DNA from: Lingula anatina
Taxonomy: Eukaryota > Animalia > Brachiopoda
Reading direction: 5' to 3'
DNA length: 64,000 bases
Assembly: GCA_051362555.1 (NCBI GenBank)
Contig: CM120642.1
Coordinates: forward strand, 15,004,001-15,068,000
The notes under the pieces were generated by a model. The model saw only the letters and a program-made list of their open reading frames with translations. It was not told the origin of the DNA and did not search any database. The stretch's first letter is position 1. Each line of letters begins with the position of its first letter. Positions 29,101 to 39,674 of this stretch are shown here, piece by piece. The translations under genes and the position numbers were made by a program.

Positions 29101-32100
29101 ACCATCATCTCAGAATCTTCTCTACTTTTTTCCAAATTGTCACCATCTCCCTGTAAAATATTCAGCTTCATTGGGCAGGGATTCTCCATAATTGAATTGA
29201 GATTTGATTTCTCCTAATGTGTATACCTATAATTAACGTGGATGGTTCTTCCGCCATTGATCTGGGCTTCATGATACTTTGCCTCCGGGGAGCATCAGTT
29301 AATGGGAACATTTTAATGCTTTGTTATGGCGGACCAGTACACTTGGATATGGTATAGATCAGACTGCTAACAAGGCAGGTATCCTGTTATCTCTTGCATT
29401 GTGCTGCTTCTGGAAATTCAATTACAGTCTTCTGAATTTTCACATGCAAAGGGATACTTCCAAGTCATTTGTGTATTATCACTGGATGGGGTAATGGATT
29501 GATGATAAGAATAATAGATTAATTGCAGTGCATTGATCTTAGTTGTTATTTCAACTTTTGGTATTAATAATAAAGAAAAATTATTTAAAAAAAAAACTAG
29601 CAAGTAATTTGTAAATTATTGTTCATAGAATGTGTTTGGTACAGTATTTGGATTATCAGATGAAATGAATTGAGTTTTTTTTAGGTGTGTCTAATTGAAT
29701 TTTTTAAAGCAGTATAATATCTATTGTTTGCTATGTTGTTACCGCAAGAAATTTTCTCACAATATTTTAGTGCTTGTTTTCTCATTGAAAGAAGATAGTG
29801 GTACAAATCAATGTGTTTATGTTGGTTATCCCACACCTTATTTTACCTTTGAAATATAACCAGGCAAAAAGATTCGTGTAAGAAATGCTCTCTCAGCAGG
29901 CAATCTTCAGTCACATACTGAAATAGAGAAAGAAATAAGTCACTGCCATCTGCTGTGTATATTGTTAGGCAGATCACAGAAAAATATGATTAAAATCTTC
30001 AATTTTGAATGTCAGTGGACAAATAGTAGCAAGTCAGTTGGAATCACCTCCACATGAATTGTTAAGCAAGTCAAATCACAGAAGATGGCATTATTCACAA
30101 CCGCAGGTGAGTCTTTTAAAATACCAAACCTATCAGACAATAGGGCTGTTCTGGTACACAAAGAGTTGGCAGTGTGCCAGCTAGTAAACACAGTTTCAGG
30201 TATGATTTTCGCTGGAGGGAGGAGGTAAACACGGGGACTCCTGGCTTGTTTGAATGACTCCAGGCAAAGTGAAGCACACCGCAGCAGGTTGTGTTTTCTG
30301 GCCTGTTGTGTTGTGTGGTTATGTTCTGTAGATATACAGAGTTTTGTGGGAAATTATAGTGTGTATGATATAGAATATTGATGACTAATCTTGGAGCAGC
30401 TGTGAAACAGAGGAAGTATATTCCCTCATAGCCTTCTTCAAGTATTGAGGTGGCATCTTTGTTTTTGATGTTATTATTCAACATAATAAAAGACTTAAAA
30501 ACCTCCATCTGATTCAGCAATGTTAAGTTCAGATTCTGGTTTGATTATCTACCAAGTGATTGGTTGATTAAGCAGTTAAGGGCTTCATGAAGAAAAGTAA
30601 TTGACAAACATTTCATGCATGCTTTCATGAAAATCTTGGTATGGGAAACAGTTGACCTTTGAATACAGTTGCAGCAACTCTTATAGGTGTTCTAGATAGA
30701 TTCATGTTGTACATGTCCATTGAATTGCAGGAAAGTTTGAACTTTATTTATTATGGCTATATATTTTTTGTCTTGGTATTTAGTTATTATTTTTAATTAT
30801 ACCACTGATTTAACAAAGAAGCAAGCTTAATGTGCTTAGAAAGTTTACATTTTTAAAGTAAAAATTACTGTTACACAAAATGTTTTTTATATTTTGTTTA
30901 AAATAAGGAATTACTGAATACAATTAGAAATATGGAATATATGTTAATTTATTTAATTAATTTTTATTTATTTATCCATTTATTATTATTATTATTTTCT
31001 TTGCATCTCTATATTAAAATATCTTGTGATGTGTTCAGTTACCTGCTCTGATATGATCTTCAATTAAAGAAGAGATAATCAATAGGAAAATGCTAGTTTC
31101 AACTTTTGACTCCCTCTAAGAGGATATTGTACGCTAGTGATGGATGTTAATTAAGTGCAATTCAAAACAATTCAATCTGCTTTTCCTAATTCCTGGATTG
31201 TTGGCCCCAGATGACTTGCTTTGTTTCTCGCTATGAATAATCAATTTGAGTTGTGTAAGAGTCATTGAATGGGACATTGACAGAGTATTACCAGTGGTGT
31301 TATCATGTCTATCAAAGTTGAATCATCTATGGATTGTAATTATAACAATGTGAATGTTTTCACAGATATGGCAATTAATTCTGCTGAGAGTCGCACAGGT
31401 GTTTGCTGACATGAAGTCCTATAGAAAGTTAGTCCTAAAGGGAGCTGCATAAACCTGTTGTGTTAGGTGTGACGTGGAGATATGAGCACAATCATGTTGT
31501 TCTGGCCTGTCATATTGATAAGCAGAGTGGTTGGATGTGATATTCAGCTCATATCTGTCCTAGCCCTGCTATGTTATCTTGTTATTTATTGTTGTATGTT
31601 CTTTTTTTTAAGTGAAAGGGAAAAAAAAAAGTTTTTTTGAAGTGAAAAGGAAAAAATAGATAAACCTGTAATAAAGTCTGCTTTACCTTTTTTAAAGCAG
31701 AAATATGAGGGATTCACTGCATGCTTATTTAATAATTATACAAGTATACATGTTTTAACTAAAATAAATTTGAACATAGTTACATAACTCATAATGTATT
31801 TAACTTTAATGGCAGGGTATTGAATGTGCCTTTGTACAACAATTACAATGGTATGGACATTTATTTCAGATTTATTTTTAAAAAAGCTTAAAAATGTCAA
31901 TGAAAAGTTGTTGAAATTGCTTTTTTTTTAAATAAATCTGCAATCATTTATTTTCACTTTCTAGGCATTTTATATCTACCTGTATGGCGTCAGCATCATC
32001 TTCCTGATTTATGTCTACGCATTTCTTCTGCAAAATGCCACTTCGGAATATACTCGCAAGAGGGCACAACAGGCAAATAATGCTCACACCGCCATCTTGG

Positions 32101-35100
32101 AAAAATCTCGCAAAGTGTCTATTGACAGCAGTGGGAGCCATCACACTGGGAGCTTTTATTTGAGACTAGGCGCTGTGGGTAAGGAGAAATTGTGTGATGT
32201 ATTCAACTATTCTAAGTTGATGAAGCAGGGACAAGGACTTGTGTATAAAATTTTGAAAGTAATGCAAATAATCGTTCAGTTTAATATGAACCAGCAGATA
32301 ATAGGGCATTAAATAGCATCATATAAGGTGGAGACTGTAAACTTATACTGTATTGTCGAAATTATTATAGTAATAGTACCATATCAGATTATTAAAGTAT
32401 TGTGTATTAAATTGGTTTTCTTTCTTTTGAGTAAGCTTTTAAAATAAAAATATCTCTATAACCTTGTAAAAAAATGTAATAACCTTGCAATTTAATCAAA
32501 TATGTCTCTATAATCTTGTAATAAATTGTGTTCCAGGGTTTGGAATAGGGAACATGCTCCTGGATGGATTAAGATTTGGGGAGTTCTTTGAAATGGACCT
32601 GTCCTCTCCTTGCAGTAACATCCTTCTTGCCGTCAGACCTATGGTGCATCTGGTCTTCACCTTTGTACAGCTCTATTTTATCTTCCTCAACTCTAAGGTA
32701 GGTTTTGAAATTTTGCATTTTGTATTTTATCAAAATATTTGATTTACCGTAGGTGCATTTTTGAAACAACAAGCCTATTTATGAAATGTAATAAAATTCC
32801 CCCAAAACTGTAATCTTTTATTGTTGGCACATTTGAATTAGAAATCATAATAACACAAAGTGATTTATGAGTTTCATGTGGCTAAAGTCCCATAATGTAA
32901 AAAAAAAAATATTAAAGAAGTTAAATTTTCATATAACTGTATTAATTTGGATTTTGGTAAAATTCGATAACTAGTTACAAGTTTTTAATATAATTTTTCT
33001 AATATATGTAGTGTTTATATATAGTTTGTGCCAATAAAGAGATGTGTCCATTTCAGATGTGTATTCACAAATACAAAGTCCTGGCACGGTTTGGTCTGAT
33101 GCACATGTTTGCCACCAATATCTGTGTGTGGTTGCGCAATCTCATGAAGGAAACATTACGCGAGCTGCAGCACAAAGCTGTGAACACAAGTCTAACGGAG
33201 TATCTCTCTCTTCAACACTTTACTCCAGCACATCTACGAGATGCCACAGGGGTGTTAAAACAAGGAGCAGGTAATAAAGATAGAACTAAAGTAAAATTAT
33301 TTTTGTAGTACTGAGTGTCTTTCTTTGAACATTTTGCTCTATGCAAGCAATCTGGTAAAATTGTGGTATATGATTATAGTGCTAAGTATTGAGCATCCTC
33401 TTTTAATTTAATAATATATCATGCACAGTTAAGATTATAACGGTGACAGAGTAAGGCAAGTAGCAGATATATTGATTATTCTCACAGGTTAAAAATGACT
33501 TGTTATCATTTTAACATAAGCAGCTTCTTTTTTCAATAACTTGAGTATTTTTCCCACCAGTTTCTATAAGCCAGAACACCAATACTACGTAAAATGTATC
33601 ACAAGTGGCTCTATTCTTCATTGATCAGGCTTCATAGCATGGTATTAGTCTAATACATGGTTGGTTTGAATAAATCTTCCAGCAGAGGCACCAAATTACA
33701 ACATCAGTACCAACATGACCACCAGGAACCCTCCAATCTTGACCCTGTTGGACTGCCAGAGAAGGGACATTATGGGGAATGTGGTGGACCAGGCAGCCCC
33801 ATATCTGTACCCATGTGCTGTACAGTATAGCCTCATTGGTTCAGGTAATATGGCCTGCTCATATCAGGAGAGACTTTTTTTAATGTTGATGACATTGAAG
33901 GGATAGAAACGTAGATTTTGTAATGTGGATAGAATACAAAATTACAAAAAAAAAAAAAAAAATAATAATAATAATAATTACAGTAAATGAAAAGGAATAA
34001 ATCATAGTTGTGTGCACAGGGCTGTCTTTTTGGAAAATTATACTTTCATTAAATTTTGACCTTGTTGATTTTGATTTTCATAATTTGAGCACCAATGCTC
34101 CATTTGTCAGTCTTACATTTTAAATTATTAATTTCAATCACTGTTACCTCAAGCTGTTTGTCTTGAATTTTTGTCCTTTAGTAGGATATTAAGTATAATG
34201 TTCAAAGACTTTTATTTAAAATATTTTATTAATAAATATTGCTAAGTTATAGAATACAAAATGATCATATGCCATTTTCTCTATTTCAGCCATTCTTTAC
34301 ACAATCTGGAGGAACATTGGCAAGAGAACAAGTCCCCTTTCTACATTTTATTCTACAATCCAAAACAACTGGTCACCAAAGAACAAAGTTCAGACCCAGC
34401 GTCCAGTCTGTGACAATCAGCGCCAAATAGTGGACTGTCAAGGTTCTACCAAAGGACTCTTTGTGGGCATTCTCCTCCTGGTAGTGACCATCATCTCGAT
34501 GATTGCATTCTTTGTGCTGGTTGAGAAGCCATCGTACCAAAGTATTGCCGTTATTGTCGTCCACGCCGCTGAGATTACCTTGCACCTCATCACAGCAGTC
34601 ACAGTCTTAGCTGCATTTTTCAGGGTGCAGGATCTGTATTTTAATATCAAAAAAGACATAGGGTTGGATGAGACTCTCCTGCTTATCTCCCTCACCGGTG
34701 TATATATTTTTTCAATTTTCAGTATTGTCGCAGGGTATTACAACACAACTACGTACGGTGGCACCCTTATAGTGGTGACAGGAACTCTTCAGCTTCTTGA
34801 GTCCTCTTTGTTGACAATATTTGTCCTGAATGGACTGAGGCGGCGTTCGTACAAACCAAGCCATGAGGAGAGCAAGCCTGGCAGAGAACTTGTTACCTTC
34901 TTATTAGTTTGTAATATTGCCATGTGGGGGGTTAACATCTTTCAAACAAGGAGGGCGGAAGTAAATCCAGTTCAGACAGATTTCTATGGCGACCTGCTTT
35001 GGGTGATTATTTCGCACATTTCTACACCATTGAACATATTCTTCCGCTTCCATGCAGCTGTCTGCCTAGCCAATATTTGGAGAAATGCGTACAAGGTCAA

Positions 35101-35110
35101 GGTCAAGTAA
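5034..35110 (+). CDS. Otop: Otopetrin-family proton channel (OtopLc-like, long N-terminus), 9 coding exons, ~797 aa
   Basis: Exons 5034-5368, 8925-9133, 14510-14672, 22905-23019, 31965-32178, 32537-32697, 33057-33270, 33683-33844, 34290-35110; all GT..AG with matching phases (2,1,2,0,1,0,1,1), 2394 nt total. Otopetrin motifs: LSGLYSIFVIILG..AE, FYIYLYGVS, HTGSFYLRLGAVGFGIG, FTFVQLYFIFLNSK, ARFGLMHMFATNICVW, PYLYPCAVQYSLIG, VDCQGSTKGLFVG, KPGRELVTFLLVCNIAMW, PLNIFFRFH. Exons 4-9 are high confidence; exons 1-3 are supported only by open frame and phase compatibility. Confidence 0.88.
11841..11928. repeat. (TA)n microsatellite, ~44 units
   Basis: Perfect TA run in otopetrin intron 2. Confidence 0.97.
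14721..14760. repeat. (GT)n microsatellite, ~20 units
   Basis: Perfect GT run ~50 nt downstream of the otopetrin exon 3 donor. Confidence 0.95.
15954..16140. mobile_element. Degenerate palindromic MITE-like element
   Basis: Left AGCGCATTCAGAACAGTG pairs with right CACTGTTCTGAATGTGCT; internal arms GGATCAAATAT / ATATTTGATCC also pair. Confidence 0.55.
17812..18062. mobile_element. Fold-back MITE, family shared with 26147-26405
   Basis: Arms AGGTAGTTTGAACTAACTC / GAGTTAGTTCAAACTACCT and GCTGAATGCAATCAGATT / AATCTGATTGCATTCAGC; shares TTGCTGAATGCAATCA and CACCAGCTT.TCTGTATTCTAC with the copy at ~26.2 kb. Confidence 0.7.
23081..23121. repeat. (GT)n tract running into a poly-G tract
   Basis: GT repeats followed directly by >20 G, ~60 nt downstream of the otopetrin exon 4 donor. 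Confidence 0.85.
25839..25982. repeat. Local ~70 bp tandem duplication
   Basis: CATACAAATATGAGTT..TATGAAAAAAGCACT.GATTTAAA..ATTAAGGCACCTAGTATAAT.TCCCTC occurs twice head-to-tail. Confidence 0.8.
26147..26405. mobile_element. Older fold-back MITE, same family as 17812-18062
   Basis: Termini GCCATTCAG / CTGAATGGC; internal similarity to the 17.8 kb copy. Confidence 0.55.
26732..27059. mobile_element. TTAA-target MITE (Kolobok/T2-type non-autonomous DNA transposon)
   Basis: TIRs AGGGATAATAACT(T/C)TTCGT / ACGAAGAGTTATTATCCCT flanked by perfect TTAA duplications (26728-26731, 27060-27063); inverted second copy at 52103-52439. Confidence 0.88.
27093..27238. mobile_element. PIF/Harbinger-type MITE with 3-bp CAG target duplication
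   Basis: Perfect 24-bp TIR GGCCCCGTATCTCGAAAGCATCGC / GCGATGCTTTCGAGATACGGGGCC, CAG on both flanks; CpG-rich within a CpG-depleted intron, hence probably young. Confidence 0.85.
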
Positions 35111-36602
35111 ACAAAAGTTTAAGTCACTAAGTAATTAATTTTGCTTCTGTCCTTATTATGATATAGGTACATGTAGCTATCAAAGAAATACTCTAGGAAC
35201 GTGGTTTCAAGTCATTGAAACTAATATTTTCCACTTTTATTGGCAAGGAACACTCAAAGTTTTTTTTTTTTTTTTTGTTTGGTGTCGAAATAAAGTGGGT
35301 GAAAATAAAATTTGAACTGTATTTGATTTTGATTTAATACTTGTTTAAAATGAGTATAATCGAATATTTCCAAGATATTTGTTTTTGTATCCTCATAAGC
35401 TGATTAATAATTTAGAGACAGGTGCCCTCAAAGAGGTTATTTATTTTGAAATAGTTGTTGGATAAATATTAAACATGCACTGCCACATTTATACATCTCC
35501 TCTTTGCATCTTAAGTGTAAGTTCTATGATGAATTTTACTGATGTACAAATAAAAAATACTGGGCAGTAATATATACCGGTAAGACGGTTATGAAATGGA
35601 TAATTGTGCAGACATTTTTCATTTTTGCTTTTGCTGTAAGTGTGTAGGTCTTGGCTTATTGGTACTCCTAGTGTACTCCTAATGTTAATAGCTACTGTAA
35701 CAGACGCTTTGCTCCTGTTTTCACATGCTATACATAATGCTTTCAAAGTATGTTTAAATGTTATAGAAAAAGGTGCAACATTTACCTAAGTCAGTCCATG
35801 TATTTTAGTAATAAATATGCTAGTAGACAATCGAGTTATCATGTAAGTAATATATGAATATGGCATAGTGAAGTATTTTTGATACAAAGAATTGTATGTA
35901 TCTTTATCTGCCTTTGTATCAAGCATGTTTTTACGAATCTGTTCTTGTTATATATTAGCTGCAATACCATTTAACTACAATATATATATATCTGTTAGTG
36001 GTCCAAAGTCTTACATGTAGACTGGAAACTTTTTGAATTATATTCATAATGAGATGTGTACTTGCCATTGTAGTAATGGAGTTTTTATGAATTAATGGAC
36101 ATTATCTTTTTGTTGAATTTGTTTGAACCATTCCTTATTTTTTCTGCAGATCTCTTCTTGTAAATGTACATTTGAAGATGCCGAAGTCTATGTATCTGTT
36201 ACCAAATATGTCTTACCAAGTACAGTTAATGACAACATGGGGGGAAAAATGGGCTCAATATAACAAACCTAGATTCTTTCAGTTAGGGAAATTTGGTACC
36301 TGACATTAGCCAATGGGATGTGCTTTTTAAAGCTTGTGGTGTGATTTAATACTTATTTGAGAATCTGCAGTGTCTCTAACTACTTATTTTTAAGTTCATA
36401 AGTTTTGTTCAGTTTGACATCTATTTCACTGGTGTAGACTGATGACCACATCAGTGCAGACTTTCCTTGTCATACTGTTTGCTGAAACAATGGGGAATAC
36501 CAGCCCGCTTGGCGCCAGGTGTCGCTAGTGTGAATTCAGTCCTTCCTAAGTCGCCATGTTGGATATTGTATACGTTGGACTGTGGTACTGGCCTTAATAA
36601 AC

Positions 36603-36698
36603 ATGCCTCAGTATTGTTGTGTACCTGAATGTCAAAGTCGGCAAGGTGGGCATAATTTTCTTGAGGATTCAGGGCTTCGTTTGAAGTGAAGGGTTGCC
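36603..36698 (+). pseudogene. THAP zinc-finger N-terminal remnant of a transposase
   Basis: MPQYCCVPECQSRQGGHNFLEDSGLRLK*RVA fits THAP (MP..CCVP.C...FP.D..LR.KW); the conserved Trp is now TGA (36687-36689). Confidence 0.75.
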
Positions 36699-37100
36699 CA
36701 TGTCAACACACCTTCCATGTTAAAGGGTCAGTTACAACTTGACCCAGGAACAGTAATTAGGCCCCTAAAGATAGACGAGTTGCCTCAAAAAGAATACACG
36801 TAAAAAGGTTAATTGATCTTGGCAAAACTTATAAAGTTTTGGAAAGAGAGCTCCATAGCAAGAAAGTGCCCCTAGGAAGTATGATTTATCAAAGTGCGTT
36901 TTCTTATGTCCGTAATTTCAGAAGAGTTGTCAGTAAATATATATAAGTCCCGGTAGCCTACTACCCGCATAAGGTTGTGTTATTAAGTAATATCCTTTTT
37001 TATTGATGTATTGAGCATGACCGGTAATGTTAATTAAATAATTATTTTTATTTAATATCATTATTCAGTACCTCGTAAGAATCATAAAACTAGGTATAGT

Positions 37101-37600
37101 TAGATAATTTATTTGTTCATGTATAGATGCAATTTCTCAGCCAATGGAATAATGCATGTTTGGAAATCTTTTTGTAACAGTTTAAGAAATAAAATTTCAA
37201 GAAAGAAAACATTTTATAAATGAACAGTTTTTGTTCTTTTTTTTACAAAATAGCACTTCTGAATTGTTTTACTTGAGTAGAAACACCATATTATTTCATC
37301 GCTCTGAAAATTCATTAAAAAGCAGCAAAACCAAATATTTTATTTAAACAAAATAATTATTCAGTCCATAGTAAAAACCATGAAACCATGTAATACTTAG
37401 ATAATTTATTTGTGCTATAACTTTCCTGAATATATAGCTGCAATTTCTCAGCCAATGGATTACTGTAGGTATGGAAAACTTTTTGTAACAGTTTAAGAAA
37501 TAAAAATTAAAGAAAGCAAACATTTTACAAACTAACAGTTTTTTGTTCCTTTTTACAAAATAGTACTTATGAATTATTTTACTTGAATAGAACCACCACA
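37101..37600. repeat. ~190-200 bp AT-rich direct repeat (2 copies) inside the transposon
   Basis: TAGATAATTTATTTGT..TGCAATTTCTCAGCCAATGGA..TTTTTGTAACAGTTTAAGAAATAAAA occurs at ~37101-37290 and ~37398-37600. Confidence 0.75.
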
Positions 37601-37868
37601 CCAAAATTCTTTAAAAAGCAGAAAAACCAAATTATTTGCTGTAAATACAACTAGCAATTTATTTCATCCCACTAAAATACTTTACAAAATAGCATCATGG
37701 GTTTTTTTTTCATTACAGTTAAATATTATTAAAAACAGCATAAACACATAAGTACTTTTTGTAAAGAATATAGCACCACCAAATTATTTCATTTTAGTGA
37801 AAACATTTTTTAAAATTGCACTTCAAAATTATGATTGCAGCTAAAACCATCTCATACAGGGGTACTTT

Positions 37869-39065
37869 CTATAAACTGGTTGACACATACTTCCTATAGT
37901 GTTTTTCATTAAAAAAAGTTATCCTGGGCAAAATACATGTAGAAAAATATCCAGCGTCAGAATGAATCAACCCCACAAACAGATCTTTGAATGTAAACAC
38001 AGCAAAATAGCAGAATGGGCGATTTGTAATGAACATCTGGCCTTCTAACTTAGTATAGTATTCGCGGGTTTTCTTTAGGCCCAGATTCGTGCACGAGATA
38101 CACATTCCAAAAAGGGGAAATCGGGTCCGGGTCCAACTGTCATGTGTCTGCAATGGTTTTGGACACAACAATTATTCATACAGTTTGTTCATATACTTCT
38201 TCTCTGTAGCTGACATTATCTCTCCAAATCTGGAAGCAGTGATCCGCCATTGTCTCTCCTTGTGTCAGATTGCGCTCTTTCCTTGTTGTAACTTGCTATG
38301 CTCAGTGTCCTTCGCTGTTTGTTCCTCAACCTGAAATAGTCAAATCCCATTAAAGCATGGTAGATGGTTACAGCATTAAATAGTTAAGATACAATTTTAT
38401 ATTTCTATGATGTCACACATCACCTAGTTTGATAATTCTTTCTCATATTTGGGCCTGATTCTTAATATTAGACCTCTGTTTTCACTTACATCATTCCCTC
38501 TATCCATGCATTATTGTTTTCATGGCACTTGGCAATAGTTGTTGTCCATCACAGCCGCCTGTAAGTCAGCTTTAGGGTAGGCATAACTGGTGGCTACATC
38601 AATCTTTGCCGCTGATGTGAAGTGACGGGTAAGATTCCTGAAGTAATCATTTTATCCTGCTCTTGAAGTTGGCTGTCCTGGGGTCCTGAAATCGACAGTT
38701 TCAGGCTTTGCCCCCAATATATGGGCCTTCTTTGGGTAACCTTATAAAGAAAAAAAAATAAGTACATTTACTAAGTATAAAAAATCTTAGTCTTTCGTGC
38801 TACTAAAACAAAATATGAGCGTAGGCCTACTCGTACCTACAGTAGTCTACATGTACATAACATGTCAGATTTGACACACACACCTCGACTAATGTTCGAT
38901 TTTTTTCAAGGAAAATAGTTAGCATTCTTGTTTTTCAAGAACTAAATGAAAAGAAAACACATACCTTTCAGTCAATTCACATTTTCATCCAGATGTTATG
39001 GCACCACATTCAAGTAAATTGCGTTTGAGTTGGTTCACTGTCAGCGACGCGTGCACACGCTCCAT
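37869..39065 (-). pseudogene. SAP-domain + YqaJ (lambda-exonuclease-like) transposon gene remnant
   Basis: Exon 39065-38965 MERVHASLTVNQLKRNLLECGAITSG*KCELTER (SAP-like, Arg->TGA) with GT donor; exon from 38330 QQGKSAI*HKERQWRITASRFGEI (YqaJ N-terminal motif); ORF 37869-38171 LKKTREYYTKLEGQMFITNRPFCYFAVFTFKDL..ILPRITFF (YqaJ C-terminal motif). Stops, frameshifts and an internal deletion. Confidence 0.75.
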
Positions 39066-39674
39066 GTTAAACTCTGGTGTAAAGCCGTGAGCGAGATTCT
39101 GCGAGATTTAAGAAGGACTGCTTTCACCCCCACGCCATCTAGCGGCAGACCCTTAAAGCGGGTATTCCCCATTGGAATTTACCAATTACAGTATAACTAC
39201 TATATAGATCCACACCTATGCTCAGCTTAATGTACAGCACTATAAAAAGTTGCCTTTTTTATTTTTTTTGGAGGTAAAAACGTGGGGCATCAACATGGCT
39301 ACCTAATTTATGTGTGAATGAGCACTTTTAGAAACCTTTTGTAAGTTTATTATTCAGTATATACTCTTTACACGGCTCCCTTTTTATTTTTGTCTATCTG
39401 AAGCTATTCTGATTGTAAGTCAATCACAATTTTGTTTTAAGTGTAAATATGCTTATTTAAGTGCAAATTGTATGGTTCATCTACATTGATGGAGATTTTT
39501 GAAAGATACTATTATTGATTTTTTGCATTTTATACACAAAGAAATGCCTTGCGTATATTTGCTTTGAATCTCTAGGTACTTAGTTTATATATATATTTAT
39601 ATAGTGAACCACGTTTGGAAGTGCAATAAATATGTATAACTTGAATGGATTAGTTGTTTTAGACTTTTACTTTT

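Larger units (their letters stand above)
36492..39170. mobile_element. Degenerate ISL2EU-like (PIF/Harbinger-related) DNA transposon with THAP, SAP and YqaJ-exonuclease remnants
   Basis: TIRs GGGGAATACC..CCGCTT / AAGCGGGTATTCCCC with AT on both flanks (inside a CAAT/ATTG palindrome). + strand THAP N-terminus at 36603; - strand SAP exon and YqaJ motifs converging from the other end. This two-gene arrangement is what I recall for ISL2EU elements. No DDE core detectable. Confidence 0.8.

Noticed and set aside
30085-30520. Strong donor CAG|GTGAGT at ~30106 with a nearby ATG, and a 134-aa minus-strand ORF
   Set aside because: The ATG frame ends in phase 1 while the next otopetrin exon needs phase 0; the minus ORF has no recognisable motif.
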